The translations under genes were made by a program, and so were the position numbers. From contig OZ176053.1 in NCBI GenBank assembly GCA_964247055.1, positions 3,410,001 through 3,474,000 on the forward strand: a stretch of DNA of 64,000 bases. The letters run 5' to 3'. This stretch comes from Paragordius varius. Its lineage: Eukaryota; Animalia; Nematomorpha. Every line of letters begins with the position of its first letter. The first letter of the stretch is position 1. Below the pieces are notes generated by a model. It was not told where the DNA came from. It saw only the letters and a list, made by a program, of their open reading frames with translations, and made no database searches. Of the stretch, positions 53,774 through 64,000 are shown one piece after another.

Positions 53774-55628
53774 GATATTCTACAGATGGTTGAAAAAGTT
53801 TTATTTTATCTTTGCGCAATTTTAATCCCATTGTCTCCAATTTGGTAAATACCTTTATTAGGTTGTCCTTGTGCTTTGTCTCGGTTTCTCCTGTCACGAT
53901 AACGTCATCTAAATAAACGGCTGTACCTGCGCAATCTTTTAATAACTCGTCCATTATTTGTTGAAAGAAACTGGGGGCGCAATTTAACCCGAAAGGCAAT
54001 CGTTTATACTTATAAAACCCCTTATGTGTCGAAATTGTTAGTAAGTGCTGACTATCTGGGTCTACTGGAATTTGAAAATAGGCGTCTTTCAAATCTAGTG
54101 TCGAGAAAGATTTGCCGAAGGAAATTTTTGAGATGAGGTCGTCAAAGGTTGGGATTATGTATTGCGGCGGTTTTATGTGTGGATTTATACTTATTTTAAA
54201 ATCCGCGCATATTCTAAGCTCTTTATTAGGTTTTATAATATTTACAGTAGGGCTGGACCAAACGATTCTAGTCTTTTTTGGATCAACAGGCTCAATTATA
54301 TCCAGTTTTACCAATCTATTTATCTCATCCTCCACTTTGCTTTGTAATGATAGTGGCACCCTTCTACTTGGAAAAATTCTACCACAATTATTATTACTTA
54401 AAAACACTTTAATCGGGTCGCCCTTCCAGCAACCAAGGCCCTCAGAAAATAACTTGCTAAATTTGTTATATATATCATATGAAGATAAGTTATTTATTAT
54501 TACATGATTGGGTAATTTTAAATTAAATTGTTTTATCCAGTCCATTCCAAATATTGATGGTAAGTTGTTGTTTATAATAAAGCACTCTAGAATGTGCGTT
54601 CTTTTATCTAATTCAACCTGTAATTTGCATTTACCTAATGTTTTTATACGATTATTATTGTATGCATGTATGAAAATATTATTGTTATCAAAATCTAGTG
54701 CTGGCTTGCCTAGACGGCACCAGTTTTTATAATTTATGATGGAAATATCGGCACCCGTATCAAAAATCATTTCAATATGAATATTATTTATTTTAGGAAC
54801 AATTTGGGTTTTTTTTGTCTTATTAAAAAGGGAATATGTTTTAAACGTTACCTTACAACATCGAGCAAAGTGGTTTGAACGATGGCATTTATAACATTCT
54901 TTCCCATAGGCAGGGCAATGTCCAAACGAATGAGTCGTCCCACATTTTGTGCAGGTTCGTCGGTTATTATTACTATGGTTGGTTTTTGATTGGTGAAGTG
55001 TGGCTATTTCGTTTATTTCACCATTACTACTGTGGTTCTTATTATTGTTACTTCTATTATCATTATCAATATTGATGGACAGCACTTCTGTATTCGTTAG
55101 TCCATCTCGTGCCTTCTCATGTGATAAGGCAATATTTACCACCGTATTTAGAGAAACGGGAGCCCCGTTTTCTAAAGCTTCTGGGAACCGTGTGAATAGT
55201 TCCATTTCCACGGCTTGCTCGTCTAACCCGGCGATGAATACATCTCTGATGTGCTCGTCAATGTTTGACGAGAACCGGCAGTGGATGGCCATTTGCTTAA
55301 CTCTTAACAGGAATTCTGTGAACGTTTCCATTCTCCCCCTCTTCATTTTAATTAAATCAAAACGCGACGAAAAAATATTCCTTGAGGGGGAGAAGATTTT
55401 TATACCGGCGTTTAATAGATCTGGGAATGGTATGTCGTCTATTGCTTGTGGATAGAAATAATTTTCAATTTTATTAATATTTTCGATTCCTCCGAAAGCC
55501 AACAAACATGCTTTCATATTTTCATCGGTGGCTGCGACATTCTTGACCTCCAAATTGCGTTTAATATATGTAATATAATTTGTAAACTCAACATTTGGAT
55601 TAAAACATGATAAATTAATTTTTTCCAT
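53604..55628 (-). CDS. Gypsy gag-protease-reverse transcriptase ORF
   Basis: Two zinc knuckles (CTKCGTTHSFGHC, CYKCHRSNHFARCC), protease FDTGAD, RT motifs LRICADF, DLKDAYFQ, LPFG and YLDD. Confidence 0.95.
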   Translation of the reverse strand: MEKINLSCFNPNVEFTNYITYIKRNLEVKNVAATDENMKACLLAFGGIENINKIENYFYPQAIDDIPFPDLLNAGIKIFSPSRNIFSSRFDLIKMKRGRMETFTEFLLRVKQMAIHCRFSSNIDEHIRDVFIAGLDEQAVEMELFTRFPEALENGAPVSLNTVVNIALSHEKARDGLTNTEVLSINIDNDNRSNNNKNHSSNGEINEIATLHQSKTNHSNNNRRTCTKCGTTHSFGHCPAYGKECYKCHRSNHFARCCKVTFKTYSLFNKTKKTQIVPKINNIHIEMIFDTGADISIINYKNWCRLGKPALDFDNNNIFIHAYNNNRIKTLGKCKLQVELDKRTHILECFIINNNLPSIFGMDWIKQFNLKLPNHVIINNLSSYDIYNKFSKLFSEGLGCWKGDPIKVFLSNNNCGRIFPSRRVPLSLQSKVEDEINRLVKLDIIEPVDPKKTRIVWSSPTVNIIKPNKELRICADFKISINPHIKPPQYIIPTFDDLISKISFGKSFSTLDLKDAYFQIPVDPDSQHLLTISTHKGFYKYKRLPFGLNCAPSFFQQIMDELLKDCAGTAVYLDDVIVTGETETKHKDNLIKVFTKLETMGLKLRKDKIKLFQPSVEYLGHIISENCIKPSPNKIKAIQECPTPTNKTTLRSFLGLLNFHAKFIPSKHFNGRTT

Positions 55629-58600
55629 AGCCTCGAATAGCCGCGCCAGTTGACAAATAGTTAATATAAATTATAAAGGATATATTTATTTATTTAGTAT
55701 AACATCAAAACTGAATAATATAATATAATGTGTTCTGTGTGTTACAATGATTCCTTATATACATTAGGAAATTTGGTTATTGCATTCACAAGGATAATGG
55801 TTTAAACGTTGTTAAAGATAATAAGTATAAATAAAATAATTTGCATTCACAACCAAGGTAATATATATTTTTAACGTAACAAGGACCAAAGTGTATTATG
55901 CACTAAAAAAGAGAAGGATAATTTGCGTATGATGATAACCCTTTTAACAATTTATAAAGTTAATGATTTTAATAGTAAAAAATAAATTATTCCTATTTTA
56001 ACTTACAACGATTTAATTTTTTAATTTCTGCATGTATCGGTTCTAAATAAATTTATGATCTTAATTGAAAAGATTACTAAGGTAAATTCACATAAATTCA
56101 TTATGATTGCTTCAATTTCTATGGCAAAAAAAAATTATCTTTTCACAACCTGGATAAATTGGCCTTTTGAAGCCAAAAGTCCCCTTTTTTTCATACGTCC
56201 CTGGGCAGACGAGTCTTAAAGCTAACTTAAAATCCTTAGTAAAATTTAAGATCCTACTCAGGAAAAGCAAGTTTCATACTTATTATTTATTTTATCATTT
56301 CGAAAAATTTAACTATCAGAAGTTATGGACACTTCATAATGGCAAATGTAAAATTTGGAGAAATAAATAAAATTATATTGTTTTTTTCATAATACAATCC
56401 TACACTAAAAAATTATTTTAAATGCTATATATTTTACAACGGCCCGCAAAGCCTTTGTGTTGGACACCCCTGCGTCAGAAAGGTAATTTTTCAATGCCTT
56501 TCTGAGATGTCCTATATCTGCTATCAAATCCTGTTAGTTGACTCATCTTCCCCCGCCTCGTAAAAAATCATAACCATAAAAGATTATTCCTGATATTATT
56601 GTTCCTATTTAATATAAATTTTGGACAAATATATTTTATTAAGGTGCTGCTTAGGTCGGCCCATTAATTTAATAGACTGATACAGATATAGAAAAAAAGT
56701 TTGATTCGAAAGTAAGATTTACTCCTGTATCGAATCCAAAATGGAAAGTATTTGGTCATTTATAAATGCACCGATTATAGTTCAGCCAATTTATTGAATT
56801 AAGCCGCTCTTTTATTTCCTCCCAAGTTATTAGTCCAGGGGTGTCCAACACGAATGACTTGGGCCGTATTTTCACCCCAAAAACCTGGCCGCGCATAAAA
56901 AATCATTCTTACTACTTAAAATTCTCAGAAGATAAAAAATTTAAACTCGGATAAAAATGTTACGCCCATAAGAGTGTTTAATTAACATGATTTTTTTACA
57001 AAAACGATATGGGTTGCATGAAGTGGAGCATTGTAAATTGTAAGTCTTATAAGAATGTTTATATGTAATTAAAATATATTAATGTTGCCATAAAGTATAA
57101 TTTACAATTAATTTTTAAAATTCCAGGTTTGTTATTAATTTAAATTTATGCGTCAATCTCATCATAAATTAATAAATAAGCCAAAATATCTCTAAAATAC
57201 CCAGTTTTGAAAAAAAACCTTATCAAACTACTTGGACGCCATTGTTTTGGAAATTTTGTTTATATGAATGTTAAATGTGATTTTAATAAAGAAGTAAACT
57301 TAATTTTAGGCTTGGTATCAAATAAAGTATTTGCATAATTTATTTGCTAATGCAGACATGCCATGTTGACTAAATTTTTACCTTTGTGTTTTCTGTATAA
57401 GTAATATCAAGTATCTTTGAATGAGTTTTTTTATGTATGGGTTCATTAATGTTATACAGGTGTAAATTTTTGCCATGGTTTCAACCCATTCCATATTTAA
57501 TTTTAAACAAGACTGGGGTATCTAAGTACCCCAATTTGAATCAAAGAACAGAAATAAGTGTTGCAATCCAAGTGTTAAATATGGCTAATTTTTGTAATAG
57601 ATTTATATTTAAGCTTCTGCACTCATAAGAGAATGGTCTAATACATTTTTTAGTAAAATATAAGGTTAAATTAATTTTTTATTTCCTCTATTTATTGCAA
57701 TTATTTTATATAAGACTACATCAAATGAGGCGCAACAGGGCTAGCTAGTAATATATAAAAATAGAAAAATATTTTTATACAATTTTTCACAAAATTTTGG
57801 ATCCGTCTAAAAGGGGTTATCTTAAATATAACACAGACGATGTTTCACTAAAAAAATTAAAAAAAATAAATTTCGACATAAAAATGTTATTCCCGAAAAA
57901 TTGGACATTCGTAAATAAAATTTATAGCAAAATTTTGATAGAGTGATTATGCAATTTGAGCATGGTGGAAACATGAAAACATCTTAAGAAAAACATTTAC
58001 ATATTCCGTTATGCTAAACATTAATATCACCTTAGATTTTGGAAATGTGTTTGATCAATGTTTAAAGGTTTTCGTTAACAGCTTATATATGAATTTCAAC
58101 AAATTTTTTTATTGAAATCTAAGGTGAAAGAACGTTTAGCCTTCTCGAAATATACAAAAGTGTTTTAATACTTTTAAAAAGTGTTTTTTACCATATCCAC
58201 CATGCTTTAAAATGCCTTTGAATCGCTTCACCAAAATTTTTTTGCTTTTCGTTCAAAAAAACTTGCCTCTTTTAGATGGTTCCAATAATTTCAGATTTTG
58301 GGAGCCCACATCTAAAAGTTAAAATTATATGAAAATATGGTTCTTTTATAAATAGTTATGATAAATTTTGATGATATTTGGCATGAAGTATTTACCTTTA
58401 CTAAAAATATTTATTCAGCATGATATGCGCAAATGTAGCCATATCGAGCACTAACAACAAAGGTATACTTATATCCCTCGTAAGGCCCAAAATCAAATGC
58501 ACCATTTCTATAAGCATATTACCACAGGGTGTCTATTCACAGTGTTATCTAAAATAGTGTTATAAAAAGTGTACTTTGCCTTATATGTTTAACAAAATTC

Positions 58601-61600
58601 TGAAGTGTACTATAAGGTGCAGCATAGTAGGCACGATATAAAAGCTTTAGATAATTTGAGGCAATTATTTAATTTTTATTGCTGTAAATTTTTATCAGAT
58701 CTTTAGAGATAAAATCCTCTCAAGACTATAGGTTTAATTGAATCATAGTTTAAAATATATTTTCGCGAAATTGATAGTGATTAAATCTTTAACTTATAAA
58801 TCTGAGGTTGCAGATTCCACAGCTTAATAATACTTTTTTTAAAATAGCGTATTTTGTTTTATACCGCTTCCATTATGCTTTTAATTGTCATAAATTACAC
58901 CTTAGCAAAAGTTTTTTTTTCAAAATATGAATTTTAGATTAAAGTTCAAAACGTTGATATAATCAAGCACATGGAGTTAAAAATTTAAGATTTTTTAAGG
59001 ATATATCTGAAATTATAATTATATGTATAAAATTTTTAAGTTTAAGCCTTTAGCTTTTAGCCCCAAAAAAATTATCCGATATAATAAGTGCCTATTTGCC
59101 ACATATTGCCACAAAAATGGATATATCCTTCTTATGTGTCGATAATTTTTTTTATTTTTTTAAATTTTGTGTCGCAAATATTAAATTATCCTCATATGTT
59201 TAGTGTATGCTCTCTGTAATGTATGCTTAAATATCATATGGGGAAATTTAAATTTGCCGATTGATCCGCATAAACCGATGAAGGCCTTAGCGGCAACTGG
59301 TATGTTTTAGCCATTGTTTCTTTTTCACATTTTAACAAATTATCGATTTTAAATTTGTTCGTAGATACATTTTGTTTTTATTCTCATGAGAATATGTCAT
59401 TAATGATAAGTTTGTTGAACCTTTGTTTTACAAAGTTTTTTGATTAGTTGTGATCACTATCAAAAAGTTGCATTTGTAGCAGTAGATAATAATCGTAAAA
59501 TGAATTATATTATCATACAAAATTAAGATACATTACGAAATGGACATTTGCTTCTTTTGATTATTTTTAGATTATGCAAGATTGATAGGGTAACTAATAT
59601 AAAGTAAGTACGAAAATAAAATAATATACAAATGTTCATACATCTCAGAAATAAACATTTGAAGATGATAGCTCTGATAAAATTATTAAAAATGTTGGTT
59701 TATTTCATCAGGAATTCGGCTGGCTAAAAAATATTATTATTTATTTTTTATAACAACGAACATTATTTTTATTTTTTTGATAATTTGATGAATTCTTTGA
59801 TATATAATTTTTTTGTTTTTACCAAACTTTGTTACATGATTTAATTAATCCAATTATTAATTTATTATCCTCCTTATATTTATGTAAAAAGGTAAAATTA
59901 TATTTTAGCCTTTAAATTTTATAAATATATAGATTACAGTTTTGATTTTGAATTAAAAACGTATTATTTATAGATTTTTTGTTTTATTTTAAATCAAAAT
60001 TTATTAGTGTATGATGATGTGGTGTAATGTGATGTTCACACAAAATTTAATTGAAAGTTAATAGACTAACTAACTCTCTCTACTGCGTGTTGGTCTGGAC
60101 TTTATCAGTTTTTTTATTTCAATTACCGCGATATCCTATGAATTAAGTAGACAGTCAGTTAATATAAAATATGAACATGGTTTTTAACCGGCCTCATTTA
60201 TTTTTTGATTTTCAATAATTCAAATAATACAATTTCAATACAAAAAAATTTGGTATTAAACTATTGAAGCATTTCAGGATACCATAAGACTTAAAACTAG
60301 ATATTATAAATTAATTTGATACTTTTAACTGTCTTGTCTTTATTTATAGTTTTGTCGCATTCGTACAGTATTCAATTATAATCAATGTTAAAAATATGTT
60401 TTCGGAAAATATATATATGTATATTTGTTTAAATTCTAACATATTTCTAATCTGAAATTTGTCATATCTGAATAATATAATATTTAATAGTATTTAGCGA
60501 TATTTAATTGGAGAAAATGAAATCAGAAATATTTTTTTTTTCTTTATTTTCATTCCAAACAGGTTAAACTCTGCAAAAGTATTCTGCAACTTTATATTTA
60601 TACAGGGATGGTTTATAATTATATCCATATACATATATTAAAAAAGCTTTTTATGTTATTATATAATTAATTAAATTTTCCTATAAATGTTTATTCAATA
60701 AATTAAAATGTATAATTTTTTAATAATTTCATGTTGCATCTTTTCACCATTATAATGCACACGTTGGATAAAGGAGGAAAGGGGGGGGGGATTGGTTTTA
60801 AAAATTTTTTTAATAAAAAATATACGCTAAGAAAAAATAATACTTCCAATAATAATAATATTAATTTATTAAATAGTATAATAAATTGTTAGATTTATTA
60901 TATTTATATATATTTATATTTATAATAGTAGTGTAAATTTTGGAAAATCAATATTTTTGCTTTTAATAACTTTATATATATTTTTTTACTTTATGGATAA
61001 ATTGCATTTTTTCATGCATGCTCTTTTCACATTTCCATTATACTGTGCCTGCCTGCTTATATCGTTTTTATAATGCTGCAATGTTTAATATTGTAAGCTC
61101 ACTAAACTATAATATAAAATCTGATTGATAATATAAAACATTTATTAAATAACTGAAATTCTAGTTTTTATTCCGCTAGAAAATACATGTATAAAGGGGG
61201 TGGAGTTATTAGCTCTAAGGGAAAGAAAGGGAGGGGCCAAGCCAAATATAATTATTGTATTACATGAATGTTTTATAAAATTAAATCATAGGCAAAAAAT
61301 AATTAAATTTATAAGTTTACCGGGAATCAAGAAAGTAAATTTATGTTTTTCATAGAATAAACTGGAAAGAAATGGTTTGGATATTTTTAAGTAATGCTTT
61401 GTGAACAGGACAAATAGGACGATTAAATGTGTAGGGGTTTTAATTTTTTCCAAAAATCAAAATCTCGATATAAACCAACCATGCCGTCGTTGCTCTAATA
61501 ATGTGTTGTTTGATACCATGAATGCAATATATATCTATTATTGCAAATAAAAAAAAGAGTTAAACCAATTACATTGATTTTTTACCGATTAACTGTCAAT

Positions 61601-61967
61601 TTATTGTTTTTATACCAATGAAAATTTGAAATTAGCCTTTTTGAAGCAGTAAATGTTCAGGTATCTGACCCAACCCCCCTGTAGGCAAGAAAATACATTG
61701 TTGCATTACATATTAGTTTTACTGAGACCAAACTTATTTTTAGATATTTTTCCGTTTATTATTACGGTTAAAACAAAAATTAAATACTAATGAAATATGT
61801 TAAAAAATTGAATAAGACCATTCTAAATGTATAATGATTAATAGGAAGCATTAAAGAGTCGCCATTTAAAATTGACTTATTAAAAATGCCTACATAAATT
61901 TACAATGCCCTTATCGTAGTATATCTTTTAAGTTTGATTTCAAAATTTATTTTTAAATCTAATTTAG

Positions 61968-63523
61968 ATGCATTTAACAGTCCTGATTCTGGTTTAATCG
62001 AATCAAGGCAAGGGGTTAAAGGGAAAAACCCATCTATAAATAATACTCAACAACAAGGCTCTCCATCCAAAAGTACAAATACAGTCAAATCAACATCTCA
62101 TGCTTCAACACCTGAAAATCTCCCTCCTAACTCTACATCTAAAGGTTTTTTTTAAATTTTTTAGCAAATTTTAATAAATTTCATATAATTTTATAAACCA
62201 GACTAAAATAAAACATATTGCAAATTCTTAGTTACTGTTTCATTGATATAATTAATTTTTAAGGGTTAATGTGACTAATATTCAATATAATATATTCTAA
62301 CAAAAAATTAATAAAAATTTTTTTTCACTCCTTTATTAAGCATCTTTGTTGATAATTATCAAATATCACAAACTAGTTTATCCAAGATTCATAAACAGGG
62401 ATATACAATTTATTTTATGTCATTTAATTAAATTTGCAACAACCATTTCAATTAAATTTTTCAGATCATTAAAGGTAAAATGTCATTAGCTAAGTCAAAA
62501 ATTTTGTGCTTGAGTGTTTTGTTTTATATAAAAATTGATATTTTATACATCAACCTTAGTTTTTTCGGCACTTGTTAAAAAATAAGGTTTAAAAATATTA
62601 TTCGCATACGCGTTTTTACAAAGTCATCGGCTCCAATTTCACAAAACTACTCTCTTTTTTGTAATATGGTAAATTACGGAATTGATATTTTGCATTTACA
62701 ATGTTTTCCGTGAAATAATGTTATAAACGATAATTGCTGAGAATTAATCTTAAATTTAAACTAAAATACCAAAGTACGCTTCATCAATAGTCAAATTTTT
62801 AATTTCGTTAACTATTTAAAAAAATGTAATATTTAAATTGGTAAAACCGACTGCGTTTTTACTAAAATTGCATAGTTGGATAAGTTGTGTCATACTGATT
62901 AGTGCTAACAGTCTGCCAATACTAGTTACGAAGTGTTTTATATATCTTTGCGTTTTTCGTTTACTTTTAAGTTTTAATTTTCAGTTTAATTTCATTATCT
63001 CTTTTGTAGTTATTAATAATATGCCTATGTTTCCAGCTCTATCCACATCATTAAAATCGGTGAAAAATGTTAATAAAACTGTCAGTCCCAAACGTGATGA
63101 TCCATTAAAACACAGCCTTAGTCCTAAATTATCACATCATCAAACTACTACAGCTTCAACACTACCATTAACTTTTACAAGGACCACTCATACAAATACC
63201 TCGACAGAAAAACTCCTTAAACCAGTCACCACCCTAAAAACTTTACCACAAGCTAAACCAACCAGTAAACCGCTTGGAATCCCACTTCACCCTTCTTCAG
63301 GAAGTCCAGGATCGCCAGGAAAACTTGTTGTTGCAACAACCACTGGGACAGGTGGTAAACCTTTAAGTACCAGTTGGCAAGCAGCACTGATTGCCGCAAA
63401 TACACTTTCGAAACGCAGGGCTCGTCTCAAAGCCCCGGCCTCTAATAGGCCGGCACGAGCCCTGTTTTGTCTGACGCTCAAGAATCCTCTCAGACGCTTG
63501 TGCATTTCAGTCGTGGAATGGAA
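61968..63523 (+). CDS. Cav1: L-type voltage-gated calcium channel alpha-1 subunit (Cav1 family), N-terminal exons, partial
   Basis: Exons 61968-62144 (phase 1 to 1) and 63037-63523. Ends [26 protein letters not shown] at a phase-2 donor, as in Cav1 channels, and contains the NSCaTE-type motif SWQAALIAA. The start codon was not located. Confidence 0.88.
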
Positions 63524-63726
63524 GTAAATTAGTTTTTGTCATTCTACTAACTTCCTACACGCTTTATTTAACGAATTATTAAATATTATTAGGGCCTTAA
63601 ACGCTGTATTAAAATGAATATTTAGGCTCATTAAACTTATAAATAAGCGCGTGACTGTATGCGAGAGTGTTTTAACCTTCTATCACTATCATCCCTGAGC
63701 AGACGAATCAAAATGACTTCCCTTAG

Positions 63727-63752
63727 ATATATATATATATATATATATATAT
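63727..63752. repeat. (TA)n microsatellite (others at about 10255-10274 and 30802-30826)
   Basis: Perfect dinucleotide runs. Confidence 0.9.
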
Positions 63753-64000
63753 CCATATATCCATTTAATAAAACTGAAAAAATAGACTTTACACTGTACT
63801 GTATCCTAGGGCCCTATCTTGAAATGAATATAATTAAATGGGGTGGCATTATTTAATTTTCCACCTGTCAAAATAAAATAATTAATCTAACCACCTACCT
63901 GACTAACTATAAAATATATTACATAAATACTATGTCTGTCTGTAATTTAAAATGTATATATATCATATGTCATTGTCCAAACTCTCTTCTTTTTGTGTTT

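Larger units (their letters stand above)
51349..55949 (-). mobile_element. Full-length Ty3/gypsy LTR retrotransposon (Mag-like), recent insertion
   Basis: Two 299-bp LTRs (51349-51647 and 55651-55949), TG...CA, with no difference found on reading. The 5-bp TSD is ATTTA (51344-51348, 55950-55954). A PBS-like TGGCGCGG follows the 5' LTR and a PPT AAGGAAGAAGG precedes the 3' LTR. Confidence 0.98.

Noticed and set aside
51714-55455. Plus-strand ORFs overlapping the gypsy element (e.g. 55000-55455, 54112-54507)
   Set aside because: They are antisense shadows of gag-pol with no independent motifs.
57727-57749. Helitron-like 3' end (GGCGCAAC...CTAGT)
   Set aside because: The hairpin is poor, and I found no matching 5' TC end or Rep/helicase remnant.
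61195-61240. G-quadruplex upstream of the Cav1 exons
   Set aside because: There are four G-runs, but the first loop is about 18 nt and there is no positional evidence, so support is too weak.
62838-63036. N-terminal part of the 229-aa ORF as coding
   Set aside because: It is hydrophobic AT-rich intron sequence upstream of the TTTCCAG acceptor at 63036; the preceding exon joins in frame at that site.

Overview
AT-rich (roughly a quarter GC, by eye) eukaryotic genomic DNA with spliceosomal introns, most likely from an invertebrate animal; the species cannot be fixed from sequence alone. Conserved genes are DLAT (+, 11 coding exons), CRYL1 (-), POLR2C/RPB3 (+), cytoplasmic IARS1 (-, about 14.6 kb) and two N-terminal exons of an L-type Cav1 channel (+, runs off the window end). 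CRYL1 and POLR2C are head-to-head with only 61 bp between start codons. Main observations: (1) three unrelated housekeeping genes each need a first intron of exactly 22 nt, with further 25- and 27-nt introns, alongside kb-long TE-filled introns; (2) three frame-conserved paralogs of a 6-exon, 170-aa gene I cannot assign to a family, invisible in the ORF track, with a Cys cluster, a PP1-docking KSVTF motif and duplicated acidic exons; (3) two intronic fold-back structures, one an inverted duplication of a Tc1/IS630-like transposase inside an IARS1 intron; (4) two substitutions in the normally invariant GTGxVH editing motif of IleRS. Mobile DNA includes a very young Ty3/gypsy element (identical 299-bp LTRs, ATTTA TSD, one frameshift), two decayed hAT transposases, several MITE families and an RTE-like RT fragment. 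All exon models were derived by hand and need RNA-seq confirmation.
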